Assembly (NCBI GenBank): GCA_963787835.1
Contig: CAWBEI010000002.1
Span: forward strand, 1,120,001 to 1,184,000
DNA length: 64,000 nt
Source of the DNA: Ignavibacteriota bacterium
Lineage (GTDB): Bacteria; Bacteroidota; Ignavibacteria; Palsa-1295
Direction: 5' to 3'
Positions 10,414 through 24,293 of this stretch are shown here, in pieces; position 1 is the stretch's first letter; each line of letters begins with the position of its first letter. The notes under the pieces were generated by a model. The model searched no databases and had not been told where the DNA came from. It was given only the letters and a program-made list of their open reading frames with translations. The position numbers were made by a program, and so were the translations under genes.

Positions 10414-11256
10414 TCAATGTCCTCCTCGCCGATGAGTTTCAATATATCGAGCAAGTTCGGGATACGTTTTGGTGGGATCGCCATAGGTGTTACCTGCCAG
10501 ATCACGGCCTCGGGCAAGATAATTGATATGAGGATGTCCCAATTCAGACTTTCCACCCAAAGCTTTCACGGTACTTGGCATATACCGCATCGTGTATCCT
10601 GTGCGTCGTTTTGCACTAAGGTTCGGTGGACTTCCGTGAATCAGTCCGCTATGGTGAATGCTGGCCTCATTCGCAAAGAGTTCACAGGGCACTGCTTTCG
10701 ATTCGTCAAATCGACCACGCTTGATCTCGATCGGAAATAGATTTTTTTCTTTATCGACATCCTCATACTCAGAGAACCCCTGGTGATGGCCACCAGGAAT
10801 AACATACATGCATCCATTTTCAACAGAAGAGTCATCGATCGCCAACCACACCGTTACGACCTCGACAGGTGAGATCATCTGTTTCCAATAATGTGCGTCC
10901 TCGTGCCACGGTACACGCTTCCCAATGCCTTGTGGTTTTGAGATGAAGTGACTTGAGAAAAGAGCGATGTCTGGCCCAATAATCGGCTCGATCAGATCAA
11001 GAATTTCATCCGCGAAAAGCCATTCAAATAATTTTGTATCTGTAAAATGGGGAACATCCATTTCCTCGGGTCTGACTCCGTCAGGCAATGAGGCTAATTT
11101 CTCTTCAAAATGGTCTTTCAATGCCTGAAATTTAGGCTCTGGCAACACTGGGTGCTTATAAAGCAGATAACCCTCCTGCTGGAAGAAGTCGACTTCGGCG
11201 TTGCTTAGCAAAGGCTGTTTTGTCACAGATTCCATAGGTGTATTGTTTGAATTCAT
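10414..11256 (-). CDS. Phytanoyl-CoA dioxygenase (PhyH) family Fe(II)/2OG oxygenase
   Basis: PWHED (HxD), TVWLAIDD, ENGCM.VIPG.H, distal HGS..N.S..RR motif. Confidence 0.9.
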   Translation of the reverse strand: MNSNNTPMESVTKQPLLSNAEVDFFQQEGYLLYKHPVLPEPKFQALKDHFEEKLASLPDGVRPEEMDVPHFTDTKLFEWLFADEILDLIEPIIGPDIALFSSHFISKPQGIGKRVPWHEDAHYWKQMISPVEVVTVWLAIDDSSVENGCMYVIPGGHHQGFSEYEDVDKEKNLFPIEIKRGRFDESKAVPCELFANEASIHHSGLIHGSPPNLSAKRRTGYTMRYMPSTVKALGGKSELGHPHINYLARGRDLAGNTYGDPTKTYPELARYIETHRRGGH

Positions 11257-11349
11257 TTCTTACCCGAAAAACTCCCCAAAAGCAAGTTGGCACTCTAAAG
11301 AAGCCCTTTCAGTTTGGCTTCGGTCAAATTTTAATGGAGATTCAAAAAT

Positions 11350-12087
11350 ATGAAAATTGATTACGAGACGATTAAAATGTATAAGGTCCATAAAAGCCTT
11401 CTTTTTGAAGGATGGGATGGGACCAAGCTCGATCTGATAATGAAGAAATTGCAAATGACGTTTTCTAAGCTGATGGGCATTCAGTTCAAACCTTTATTTG
11501 GAGACCGAATCGTCGAATATCCCTTACTTTTTCAGCATTTGAACCCCAATGCTAAGACCATACTCGATTTTGGCTGTGTCGAGGATCTTCTCCCACTTCA
11601 TTTTGCAAGTATGGGGTACAAAGTTGATGGACTCGATTTTCGTGAATACGTTTTCGAGCACCCTAACTTTAAATTTACACAGGGCGATATTCTTACATGG
11701 ATGCCGCCCGAAAATTTCTATGATATGGTCTGCTCGATTTCAACTGTCGAACATGTCGGACTTACCGGTTACGGCGATCCTGAGAAATCTGATGGCGACA
11801 AGGTAGCGATATCGAAACTTTGGACAGCACTGAAACCAGGCGGAGACCTCATCCTTACCATGCCAGCAGGTAAAGCAACCACACGCCGCAACATGCGAAT
11901 CTACGATCTTGATAGAATAAAATCCGTTGTTCCAAATCCACGGATTGTCCGTTTCTTTGCAAAACCTACTCGGTATGGAAATTGGTCAGAAGTGTCTGCA
12001 GATGAGATCAAGAACCTTGTATATGAGGATTATGAAGCTCCCATCACCCCAGGGCAGGGAGTAGCATTTATCGTTTCAACCAAATAA
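11350..12087 (+). CDS. Class I SAM-dependent methyltransferase-like (DUF268-like) protein
   Basis: R.VEYP, ILDFGC, SISTVEHVGL..YGDP, LKPGG motifs. Confidence 0.75.
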   Translation: MKIDYETIKMYKVHKSLLFEGWDGTKLDLIMKKLQMTFSKLMGIQFKPLFGDRIVEYPLLFQHLNPNAKTILDFGCVEDLLPLHFASMGYKVDGLDFREYVFEHPNFKFTQGDILTWMPPENFYDMVCSISTVEHVGLTGYGDPEKSDGDKVAISKLWTALKPGGDLILTMPAGKATTRRNMRIYDLDRIKSVVPNPRIVRFFAKPTRYGNWSEVSADEIKNLVYEDYEAPITPGQGVAFIVSTK

Positions 12088-13682
12088 TGCTCATTACCCC
12101 CACCGGCGAGCTTCTCGACCACCCCACGCTGATCCCCGGAAAAGCTACGCCGGAGGCTACTTCGGCCATTCCGGCGCGGCATCTGGATTGGGCGGAATCC
12201 TACCGTAAGCTCGGCAGAACTGGCCTAACCTGTAGCGGCGTGGGGTATGGGACGTACCGCGTTCATTTGCGGGTGCAGGAGCATCGGGCGGCGCTGGCGA
12301 AGGCGCTCCGAATGGGTGTCAATCTCATCGATTCATCCTCGAATTACACTGGCGGGAATGCGGAGCGGCTTATTGGTGAAGTGCTGGCTGGTCTTATTGG
12401 GCAGGACATTGTGAAGCGCGAGGAAGTGATCGTCGTTTCCAAAGGCGGGTACATTCAAGGTGAGCTTTTTGAGGAAATGCAGCGGCGAGCGAACGAGGCC
12501 CACGCTGATTATTCGTCCGGTTCCGAGCTTTCGGAACTTGTTCGGCATAGTCAGGGACTTTGGCATTCGATGCATCCCGATTTTCTTCGCGATCAACTCA
12601 CCGATTCGCTCGAACGCCTTCAACTCGAAACGATGGATGTGTATCTTTTGCACAATCCTGAATATTATATCGAGTGGGCGATCGGGGAGGGAATTGCTGC
12701 CGATGAAGCGATCGATGAATATCATCGGCGCATCAAACAGGCGTTCGCGTATCTCGAAACCGAAGTCGAGCGCGGTCGCATTCAATACTATGGGATAAGC
12801 TCCAATACATTCCCGCGACCGGAAGATGCGATCGATCGAACCTCTCTCGAACGGGTGTGGCAATCGGCGGAAGAAATTGCAGGTGTTAAGCACCACTTTG
12901 CCGCTGTGGAGTTTCCGATGAATCTCTTCGAGCCTGGCGCGATCTCGGAACGCAATCAGCGGCACGGAACGGAAACGCTGCTTGATTTTTGTGCGGAAAA
13001 GAATCTTGGTGTGCTCGTTAACCGTCCGCTGAATGCTATTGCAGCAAAGAAACTGATCCGTCTGGCAGATTTTCCGCTAATGGATATTCCACCGGATGAT
13101 GACATTGACGATCATTTGCATGACCTCAAATTGCAGGAAGTGGAATTCACTTCGACTCAATTACATACTCTTGAGTTGGATGAACAGGATCGCGATGCCG
13201 TCAAACAATTTATGACCTTAGGACAGAACCTCGATGAAGGTAATTGGCGGGAGTTTGCGAGCGTCGAGGAATGGCGGGATATTTCGCAAACCGTGCTCGC
13301 GCCGCGCATTCAATATGCGTTCGGAATTCTTCGTCCATTCACTCAGGATAATTCTGCGCTCTTTACATTTCTCACAAATTATGCAGAGCATGTGGACGAA
13401 GCATTCGAGTATGTCTCGAATTATTATACCAATAGCGGGCACGAGCGCTCTGCCAAGATTCATCATGCGTTGAACGCATTGATGGGTGAGGATTATTTCG
13501 AACTTTCGTTGTCACAGAAAGCCGTGCTGCTGATCCGAAGCTTACCACAAGTTTCGTCGGTGCTTGTTGGGATGCGTTCTGATGAGTATGTGGAGGATGC
13601 AGTGTATGGTTTGCAAGCCAAGCCACTAACGCGAGCAGTCGAGATTTGGGAACGTCTTGCTGCTGTGAAGGCCGAGTCTTAG
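12087..13682 (+). CDS. Aldo/keto reductase with long C-terminal region
   Basis: GYGTYR, NLIDSSSNY..G.AE, SKGG, SLERLQ...D.YLLHNPE, YGISSN. Confidence 0.85.
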   Translation: MLITPTGELLDHPTLIPGKATPEATSAIPARHLDWAESYRKLGRTGLTCSGVGYGTYRVHLRVQEHRAALAKALRMGVNLIDSSSNYTGGNAERLIGEVLAGLIGQDIVKREEVIVVSKGGYIQGELFEEMQRRANEAHADYSSGSELSELVRHSQGLWHSMHPDFLRDQLTDSLERLQLETMDVYLLHNPEYYIEWAIGEGIAADEAIDEYHRRIKQAFAYLETEVERGRIQYYGISSNTFPRPEDAIDRTSLERVWQSAEEIAGVKHHFAAVEFPMNLFEPGAISERNQRHGTETLLDFCAEKNLGVLVNRPLNAIAAKKLIRLADFPLMDIPPDDDIDDHLHDLKLQEVEFTSTQLHTLELDEQDRDAVKQFMTLGQNLDEGNWREFASVEEWRDISQTVLAPRIQYAFGILRPFTQDNSALFTFLTNYAEHVDEAFEYVSNYYTNSGHERSAKIHHALNALMGEDYFELSLSQKAVLLIRSLPQVSSVLVGMRSDEYVEDAVYGLQAKPLTRAVEIWERLAAVKAES

Positions 13683-13897
13683 AGTGCTTCCCATTCTTCA
13701 CGAGGAATGTTGGCATCTCGCAATATTTTTCGTAACAACCCAACACTAATATCTCCAACGTGTGGGTTTGGGATGGTAACCTGTATGATTCCCTTTTTCA
13801 TCACTCGATGTTTCCTTCCATGCAGTGGACCGTCAAACCCAAGCTTCCTGAGATAATAGATAAGATCGTCGCGCTTGGTTGGCCCTATGTTAGGCAT
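13679..13897 (-). CDS. hicA: HicA family toxin (mRNA interferase)
   Basis: LRKLGF...GRKH..M....VTIPNPH..DI..GLLRKIL. Confidence 0.85.
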   Translation of the reverse strand: MPNIGPTKRDDLIYYLRKLGFDGPLHGRKHRVMKKGIIQVTIPNPHVGDISVGLLRKILRDANIPREEWEAL

Positions 13898-14138
13898 GTT
13901 CTGCCATTTGAATTTCGAGCGAATGCCCGTCTATTTCTGGAAGCGGGTCATGGCAGGAAATGGCAATCAGAATGTAGTCTTCGATGACACTCTCCAATGC
14001 TTCGCGGCATGCTTCAAGCGTTTTTTCATTCGCCCACGCACCAGGGAATGCTTCGATATGGCCATAAAATGATCCATCATCCTCGACGACCTCGTATTTC
14101 GCGTGATGCATTGCCGCGTGTAGATATTCTGAAAACAT
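13890..14138 (-). CDS. hicB: HicB family antitoxin (short, no obvious DNA-binding domain)
   Basis: Start ATG 14138; EDDGSFYG.I..FPGAWA...TLE.C...L..V; overlaps hicA. Confidence 0.85.
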   Translation of the reverse strand: MFSEYLHAAMHHAKYEVVEDDGSFYGHIEAFPGAWANEKTLEACREALESVIEDYILIAISCHDPLPEIDGHSLEIQMAEHA

Positions 14139-14184
14139 GATACCTATTGAACCACAAAGATGATAAACTTGTGCCTTTGGTTTC

Positions 14185-14853
14185 TCACATCCGATTCGGC
14201 ATTCGAATTGTAGCACCATTTACGGCCTTACCCGCTTCGCTCGAAAGGAAGAGACACATTGCCGCAATGTCCTCCGGCTTCGTCCATTTCGGGATTTCAT
14301 CGGGAGATCCCCACTCCTCATTTGCCTTCGTGTGAATCACGGTTGGAACGATACAATTTGCATTGACTCCAACGACTTTTCCTTCTTCTGCTATAACTTT
14401 TGTCAAAGCAATCACTCCTGCCTTTGCTGCAACATAACCACCCTTCTTTGCCGATGGTGAAAGCGCAGGTTCCGCGCCGATGGAAATGATCGTTCCTTCG
14501 GCGGACATAAGGTTCATTGCTCGCTTTGCAGCAATGAAAAAGGTTACAAGATTAAGTTCAAAAAGAAACCTGAAATCTTCGATGGGCATTTCAGTAACAG
14601 TCTTCCATGGTTTTACCCCTCCAACTGTTGCTACGAGCGCGCGAGGTGATCCAAGCTTTTGAGCGGCATCTGCGAAGGCCTGCTCGACACTCGTGTCATT
14701 CGCAGCATCCACGGCCCAAAAGCGATAACGCTCGTGCGTGAATCCATCATCTTCATGTGAAAACCCCGCGACGCTCCAGCCATTATCGAGATACGTTTTG
14801 CGAATCGCACCGCCAAGTGCGCCTGTTGAACCTGTTAGAAATAAGACTGACAT
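14185..14853 (-). CDS. SDR family oxidoreductase
   Basis: TGSTGALG, YVAAK (YxxxK), N.IVP..I.T. Confidence 0.9.
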   Translation of the reverse strand: MSVLFLTGSTGALGGAIRKTYLDNGWSVAGFSHEDDGFTHERYRFWAVDAANDTSVEQAFADAAQKLGSPRALVATVGGVKPWKTVTEMPIEDFRFLFELNLVTFFIAAKRAMNLMSAEGTIISIGAEPALSPSAKKGGYVAAKAGVIALTKVIAEEGKVVGVNANCIVPTVIHTKANEEWGSPDEIPKWTKPEDIAAMCLFLSSEAGKAVNGATIRMPNRM

Positions 14854-14873
14854 AATAATAAATTAGTTACTAA

Positions 14874-15949
14874 TTATTGTTGATTCACGTGCGACGACAT
14901 TCCTCCCCGAATGCTCTTTGCTTTTATTCCGCGATCGCGGAGCGAAGTTACGGCCCGAAGGCTCCGAATTCCCGAGGCGCAGACAATAGCAAATTCATCT
15001 TTCGGCAATTCTTGAATTCGGTCGAGCAGAGATCCTAATGGGATATGCTTTCCTAAAGATGGCGATGCACGAAATTCCCATTCCTCCCGCACATCGATAA
15101 GCGGCATCGGGCGATGTAAAAACTCTTCCCAAGTGATCTCATCGGCATTATCGTTACAAACGTCAAATTGGTAAGAATCGAAAAGTTTTCGCTCAGATTG
15201 GGGAATACTACATGCTAGACATTTGGGATCGCTATTAACACGGAATGTTCTAACGCTTGCATTTAGGGCATCGTAGAGCATAAGCCTTCCCACCAACGGT
15301 TCGCCGATCTTCGCGATAAGTTTCACCGCTTCCATCGCCAACATCGTTCCCATTACTCCAGCGAGCGCACCGATCACTCCAGCTTCAGCGCAGGATGGCG
15401 CATCCGCAGCATTTGCAGGCTCTGGAAATAAACAGCGATAGCAAGGGCCATCATGTGTGCAAAGAACAGTAAGCTGCCCTTCAAACCTTAAGATTGAGGC
15501 AGAGATAAGCGGAATCCCAAGCATGAGACAGGCATCGTTCACCAGATAGCGCGTCGCAAAATTGTCGGTGCCATCGAGCACAAGATCGAAGCCGCTCAGG
15601 ATTTCAATTGCATTCTCTGGCGTAAGCCGTTGGTTAAAAGCAATGATTGAAGAGCGTGGATTGATTTCCGAGAGCCGCAGCTCTGCAAGAATCACCTTTG
15701 TCTGACCGACATCGCTCTCACAATACAGTATTTGCCGGTGAAGATTTGAAGCCGCAACCGTATCATCATCAATAATTCCGATCGTCCCCACGCCCATTGC
15801 GGCGAGATAGAGCGCGGCGGGCGAGCCAGCCCGCCCGCGCCAATAATAAGGACGCGAGCTTCTTTTAGACGCTCCTGGCCCGCAATTCCAAATTCTGGGA
15901 GTAGAATTTGGCGGGAATACCGCTGCATCTCTTCAGGTAGTAATGCCAT
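14874..15949 (-). pseudogene. thiF: ThiF/MoeB-family adenylyltransferase with C-terminal rhodanese; frameshifted as assembled
   Basis: N-terminus [12 protein letters not shown]...IGAGGL in one frame, rest (D..NLHRQ, DGTDNF.TR, CYRC, rhodanese CASGIRS) in another; adding one G at 15826-15827 restores [19 protein letters not shown]. Confidence 0.85.
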
Positions 15950-16562
15950 GATACTCCTCCAACATTCTGACAAATTTTTTAATAACTACCGCAGGATTCT
16001 CCGCATCACTCACAGCACTTATGACAGCGATGCCGCCAAGACCGGGACAAAGAATGCTTTCTACATTTGAGGTTGAAATACCACCGATAGCGATAACGGG
16101 GATGGAAACAGCCGCGATAACCGAGCGCAATTCATAGCTCGATCGAGGTTGGGAAGCTTTTTCTTTCGACCGTGTTGGAAACATGTGCCCAAAGCCAAGA
16201 TAATTTGCCCCCTTTTGTTCGGCCTCAAGCGCTTGCTCGATATTCGATGTTGAAACACCGATGATGGCATTCGGGCCGAGCATATCCCTTGCTGCTTTGA
16301 TCGGGAGATCATCCTGACCGAGATGGACACCATCCGCGCCTGTGGCAAGTGCAATATCTGCTCGGTCATTGATAATGAAGGCTGAGCGTTTAATGATGTT
16401 GCGGAGGCTATCTGCAGTAACCAGAATTTCCCCGGTGGATTTTGATTTCTCTCGAAGTTGAATGGCGGTCGCGCCTTCTGCTTCAGCGATGCGGGCGAGT
16501 TCCAGTGTCCGATCGATTTCGGTGCCGCCAACAATAACATGAAGTCCCCGAAGCGAATTCAT
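15933..16562 (-). CDS. thiE: Thiamine-phosphate synthase
   Basis: [31 protein letters not shown]; ATGA overlap with upstream gene. Confidence 0.85.
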   Translation of the reverse strand: MNSLRGLHVIVGGTEIDRTLELARIAEAEGATAIQLREKSKSTGEILVTADSLRNIIKRSAFIINDRADIALATGADGVHLGQDDLPIKAARDMLGPNAIIGVSTSNIEQALEAEQKGANYLGFGHMFPTRSKEKASQPRSSYELRSVIAAVSIPVIAIGGISTSNVESILCPGLGGIAVISAVSDAENPAVVIKKFVRMLEEYHGITT

Positions 16563-17170
16563 AACACCCCTAACACATCTTTGTACTCGGCAATACGCTC
16601 CTTGAGGTTCGGCGCGGTCAATAAGTCGCGAACAGCGGCAACGCCCCACGCACCATGCTCGATACATTGCCGCGTGCGTTCGGGTGTCATCCCACCAATC
16701 GCAAAAACGGGAATTTTTACTTGCTGAGTAACTTCCGTCAACCCATCAAGCCCACGAGCCTCTATGCCGATCTTCTGCTTCGAAGGCGTATCGAATACTG
16801 GACCAAACACTATGAAGTCTGCGCCATTATCTTCTGCGATCATCGCGCCATCCAGCGAATGAACACTAACTCCACATTGTAATTTTGGGAATGATCGATG
16901 AATTCTGCTCACGGGCCAGCTTGTCTCCGGGAGATGAATTCCACTCGCTCCTGAAGCCATTGCGATGTCAGCCCGATCATTTATAAAAAGCTTACAATTA
17001 GGCGCAGTACTACGAATATTCTTTGCAAGTTCGAACAGTGATTTTCCAGATAGATCTTTCTCGCGAAGTTGAAACGCACGCAATCCTGCGTGCGATGCTT
17101 CACTCACGAACTTCGCCAAGTCCGGAACAAGTGCGCGGTTGCTTATGACGTATAGCTTAAAATCAACCAT
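16559..17170 (-). CDS. ThiE paralog / TenI-like protein
   Basis: QLREK, INDR, GIHLP (not HLGQ), SVHS, FGPVF.TPSK, AIGG. Confidence 0.75.
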   Translation of the reverse strand: MVDFKLYVISNRALVPDLAKFVSEASHAGLRAFQLREKDLSGKSLFELAKNIRSTAPNCKLFINDRADIAMASGASGIHLPETSWPVSRIHRSFPKLQCGVSVHSLDGAMIAEDNGADFIVFGPVFDTPSKQKIGIEARGLDGLTEVTQQVKIPVFAIGGMTPERTRQCIEHGAWGVAAVRDLLTAPNLKERIAEYKDVLGVL

Positions 17171-17942
17171 GCCCGATCATTCCTCCTATCGGGCTGGAAC
17201 GCTCAGCCATAAGCCGCTCAGGAATTCGCCCAGCGAGATAGGCTGAGCGGCCTGCTTCCACAGCCAGTTTCATTGCGCGCGCCATTTGCGCTGGATGTTC
17301 AGCGCAGGAAATGGCCGTGTTCAGTAAAATTCCATCTGCGCCGAGTTCCATTGCAAGCGCGGCGTGGGAAGCAGTTCCAATTCCTGCATCGATGAGAACA
17401 GGGATCGAAACAAGCTCGCGAATAATGGTAATGTTGGCCGGATTCCGAATCCCGCCACCGGAACCAATGGGCGCGCCGAGCGGCATCACGGCGGCACAGC
17501 CCATGTCCGCAAGTTTTCGTGCTGTTACAGGATCGTCGTTCGTGTAAGGAAGCACAGTAAATCCGAGTGCGATAAGTTGTGATGCTGCTTTTAATAATTC
17601 CACAGCATCCGGCATCAGCGTTTCATCATCACCGATGACTTCCAGCTTGATCCAGTTCGTTTCAAGCGCTTCACGAGCAAGCTCGGCGGTGAGCACGGCT
17701 TCTTTCGCGGTGTAGCAGCCGGCCGTATTCGGCAATATATGAAATGCTCCGCTCTTGAGCAATCCCAGAATGCTCTCGCTCGAATTGTCTTGCAAATTAT
17801 AGCGGCGTACCGCAACAGTTACCATCTCTGCTCCGCTCGCCGCAATGGATTCGAGCATGGTTTCCGGATTAGGATACCGTGCGGTTCCCAATATGAGCCG
17901 GGACGTAAATTCACGCCCTGCGATAGTGAAAATATCATTCAT
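17163..17942 (-). CDS. thiG: Thiazole synthase
   Basis: [30 protein letters not shown]. Confidence 0.97.
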   Translation of the reverse strand: MNDIFTIAGREFTSRLILGTARYPNPETMLESIAASGAEMVTVAVRRYNLQDNSSESILGLLKSGAFHILPNTAGCYTAKEAVLTAELAREALETNWIKLEVIGDDETLMPDAVELLKAASQLIALGFTVLPYTNDDPVTARKLADMGCAAVMPLGAPIGSGGGIRNPANITIIRELVSIPVLIDAGIGTASHAALAMELGADGILLNTAISCAEHPAQMARAMKLAVEAGRSAYLAGRIPERLMAERSSPIGGMIGHG

Positions 17943-17971
17943 ATCCTTGTAACCTCATATAAAAATCTCAT

Positions 17972-18003
17972 ACATTCCCAAAATCCCCTAAATCCTGGTT
18001 CAG
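17972..18003. repeat. Solo copy of the 9-mer-based repeat arm that flanks the GxxExxY gene
   Basis: acattcccaaaatcccctaaatcctggttcag resembles catcccattcatcccataaatccaggttcag (60591-60621). Confidence 0.55.
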
Positions 18004-18007
18004 ACAA

Positions 18008-18211
18008 TTATCCTCCCTGAACTGCTCTGACGATCTCGATATGATCGCCGTCGCGCAGTTCATGTTCTTGCCACTTCGATCTTGAAACCACGAGATCATT
18101 CACAGCAATGGCAATACCTTTACCATCTTCTGGAAGCACCAAAGCCTTAAGGAGATCGCCTGTAACTCGAACATCCAGGTTCTTTTTTTCTTGTCCAATA
18201 AATAGATCCAT
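18008..18211 (-). CDS. thiS: Sulfur carrier protein ThiS
   Basis: 67 aa, AIAVN, C-terminal VQGG. Confidence 0.95.
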   Translation of the reverse strand: MDLFIGQEKKNLDVRVTGDLLKALVLPEDGKGIAIAVNDLVVSRSKWQEHELRDGDHIEIVRAVQGG

Positions 18212-18219
18212 TTATCTGT

Positions 18220-19302
18220 TTATGTTTTTATTCCAAGAATTTCACGAGAGATCGTGTATGATGTTAATGGCGCCATAAGTATTCCATGCCGCCAATGACC
18301 TGTGGCATAGTAGAGATTTTCTGTTTCAGATATTCCTACAATGGCACGGTGATTCCGAGTTGCTGGACGAAAACTTGCGAGCGTCTCTTCCATTTCAAGT
18401 TCATAAATAGCTGGAACGATCTCCCACGCAAAATGAAGAAGTTCCATGATGTTTCCTGCAATGATTCGCTGGTCGAACCCAGCTTCCTCCGCAGTTGCAC
18501 CGACAAGCAGGCGGCCATCGTCCTTCGGCACAAGATACACGCGCGGAGTTCGAACTGTTTGTTTCAGTTGTACTTGCGGAGTCATTCGCAAGCCGATCAT
18601 TTGTCCTTTCACCGGTCGAACAGGGATTGCCGGAATAATACCACTAATTTTCGAGGACCACGCCCCTGCCGCGATCGTAATACTTTGTGCATCCAATTCC
18701 TCGCTCCCAAACCGAATCCCCGTCGCTTTATCGTTCTTGATGACGATCTCAGAAATTTTGCAACGCTCGTGTAGTGATCCACCACGCTTCAAAAAAGCCT
18801 CCTTCAATGCCAGACAAAGAGATCGATTATTGATCTGCGCATCTTTTTCCAACCACAATGCTGCACTGACTTTGGTGCTTAGAAGTGGTTCTTGCTCTCG
18901 TGCTTCATCTCCACTCAGGCGTTCAACGGGGATTCCCATGCGATTGCGAAAATCATACTGCCGTGTAAGTTCGCGGGCTTCATCAGCATTCGTCGCGAGA
19001 ACGAGGGTTCCACATCGATCGATAATTGGCACGAGTTCTCCTGCATCTTCGCGAAGTTCATCCAAAAATTGCGGATACAGATCGAGACTTTGCAGACCCT
19101 CTTCATAAATATCCATATCTTCGAAGCCCGCTTCCGCGCGCGGCGAAAGCATTCCCGCCGCAACCCAGGCCGCGCTCGACCGTGCTGCTTCGCCTGCTTC
19201 AAAAATTACGACGTGCCCGGCTCCCTCGCGCAAAAGCCGCCAGCCGATCGCCAGCCCCATAATGCCGCCGCCAATCACGATATGTGGTTTGGGATCGGGC
19301 AT
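18220..19302 (-). CDS. thiO: Glycine oxidase ThiO
   Basis: GGGIMG, AAGML.P, PVKGQ, YLVP, RP, GHWRHGIL.AP. Confidence 0.93.
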   Translation of the reverse strand: MPDPKPHIVIGGGIMGLAIGWRLLREGAGHVVIFEAGEAARSSAAWVAAGMLSPRAEAGFEDMDIYEEGLQSLDLYPQFLDELREDAGELVPIIDRCGTLVLATNADEARELTRQYDFRNRMGIPVERLSGDEAREQEPLLSTKVSAALWLEKDAQINNRSLCLALKEAFLKRGGSLHERCKISEIVIKNDKATGIRFGSEELDAQSITIAAGAWSSKISGIIPAIPVRPVKGQMIGLRMTPQVQLKQTVRTPRVYLVPKDDGRLLVGATAEEAGFDQRIIAGNIMELLHFAWEIVPAIYELEMEETLASFRPATRNHRAIVGISETENLYYATGHWRHGILMAPLTSYTISREILGIKT

Positions 19303-19384
19303 TATCGTACTCCGGTTTTTGCGACAAAAATGTTTGTTCTTTCGTTTAGCATCATCCGAAATTTATCGCTTGAAAATTGTCGTC

Positions 19385-19822
19385 ATGAAATCGTTATTAT
19401 ATTCCGTCGTCGTGGTTACATTGTTCCTTGCGCTTTCTTCGTGTGGGAAGGTGAGCGGGAAGTTTAATGAAGCATCCGTTGCCGGTGGCAGCTCTGCGTC
19501 CGCGAATCTCACGATCGATATGAGTGCCGATCATATTGCTGCCGGCAAAGCCGAGTACATCGAAACCTGCGCGCCCTGCCATGGCACAACCGGCAAAGGC
19601 GATGGGCCTGCCTCCGTTGCTATGAATCCGAAGCCACGAGATCATACGAACGGCGCTTACATGGATAAGCTTTCGAATCTGCATATCTACACGGTCATCA
19701 AACAGGGCGGTGCCCAATTCGGATACCCCGGAATGCCGGCGCAGCCGCAGCTGTCTGACCAAAAGGTGAAGGATGTGATCGCATTCGTTCGCACGCTCAG
19801 TTCGAATTATCATCAGCGGTGA
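19385..19822 (+). CDS. Monoheme c-type cytochrome, probable lipoprotein
   Basis: Start ATG 19385; lipobox LSSC; CAPCH heme motif; GMPA axial Met. Confidence 0.88.
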   Translation: MKSLLYSVVVVTLFLALSSCGKVSGKFNEASVAGGSSASANLTIDMSADHIAAGKAEYIETCAPCHGTTGKGDGPASVAMNPKPRDHTNGAYMDKLSNLHIYTVIKQGGAQFGYPGMPAQPQLSDQKVKDVIAFVRTLSSNYHQR

Positions 19823-19833
19823 TCTTAAATTCC

Positions 19834-20604
19834 TCATGTTATTACTCGCTTGTAAAGCGAGGCTCCGATCGTTACCAGTATGAGCGAGGAGATCAGAAGC
19901 ACCAGGAAGTCAGTTCCGAGTCCAAATTGTCCAATCTGACCTGTCATCATCTCACGGAGTGCATCGATCATATACGTTAGAGGATTTGCGCGCGAAAGCG
20001 CTTGCAGCCAACCGGGCATGAGCGCGATCGGATAAATCGCATTGCTTGCAAAAAAGAGTGGCATGGTCATGAGTTGGCCGATGCCCATAAATCGCTCCCG
20101 CGTTTTTACTAAACACGCGATGATAAGCGAGAACGTAGAAAAGAAGATCGCACCAAGGATGACCATCGCAAGCACGCCAAGTAATGCGAGCGGTTCCCAT
20201 ACAATGTGTACACCAAGTAAAAGCGCAAGGATATACACAATGATCGCGAGAGGAATACAGCGTACGCCTGCCGATAACGATTTCCCAAGCACCAGTGCCG
20301 CACGCGGAGTTGGCGTAGCAAGAAATTTATGTGTCAGGCCAAGATCGCGTTCCCAAATGATCGCGATGCCGTAAAAAATGGAGACAAAAAGCGTGCTTTG
20401 TGCGAGAATTCCCGGCGCCATGAAATCGAGATAGTTCACATTGCCTGTGATTCTCATGCGCGCGAAGACCTGGCCGAATACCAACAGCCACAGCGCGGGC
20501 TGAACGGAGCGCGTAAAAATTTCGGTCGGGTCTCGGAAGATCTTGATGATCTCGAACTCCGCGATGACCCAGGTCTTTTGAAAAAACGAGAATATGGTCT
20601 TCAT
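19834..20604 (-). CDS. ABC-2 type transporter permease (DrrB-like)
   Basis: YLDFMAPG, IIWERD.G, PLFFASNA.YP, NPLTY..DALR. Confidence 0.9.
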   Translation of the reverse strand: MKTIFSFFQKTWVIAEFEIIKIFRDPTEIFTRSVQPALWLLVFGQVFARMRITGNVNYLDFMAPGILAQSTLFVSIFYGIAIIWERDLGLTHKFLATPTPRAALVLGKSLSAGVRCIPLAIIVYILALLLGVHIVWEPLALLGVLAMVILGAIFFSTFSLIIACLVKTRERFMGIGQLMTMPLFFASNAIYPIALMPGWLQALSRANPLTYMIDALREMMTGQIGQFGLGTDFLVLLISSLILVTIGASLYKRVIT

Positions 20605-20620
20605 TACAAATTATAGTGCT

Positions 20621-24196
<3,576 letters not shown>

Positions 24197-24197
<1 letters not shown>

Positions 24198-24293
24198 TCC
24201 GCTTTCCCCACGCTGGCATTATCCAGATCGGGTCCCTGGGGTATTTCTCAGCCTGCCCGGACGAACCATCCCTGCAAAGCACCCCCATCGGAA
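24197..24293 (-). ncRNA. TPP riboswitch (THI element)
   Basis: Minus strand GGGGTGC...GGCTGAGAAATACCC...GACCCGATCTGGATAATGCCAGCGTGGGGA, directly upstream of thiD. Confidence 0.95.

Noticed and set aside
7431-12087. Flippase, PhyH dioxygenase and methyltransferase as one biosynthetic cluster
   Set aside because: Genes are on alternating strands, separated by a terminator, with no glycosyltransferases or core biosynthetic enzyme
13679-14138. hicB-before-hicA order with short HicB as a novel TA system
   Set aside because: This arrangement is an already known HicAB subclass
15815-15840. Programmed frameshift in thiF
   Set aside because: No slippery heptamer or other recoding signal; a simple one-base deletion explains it
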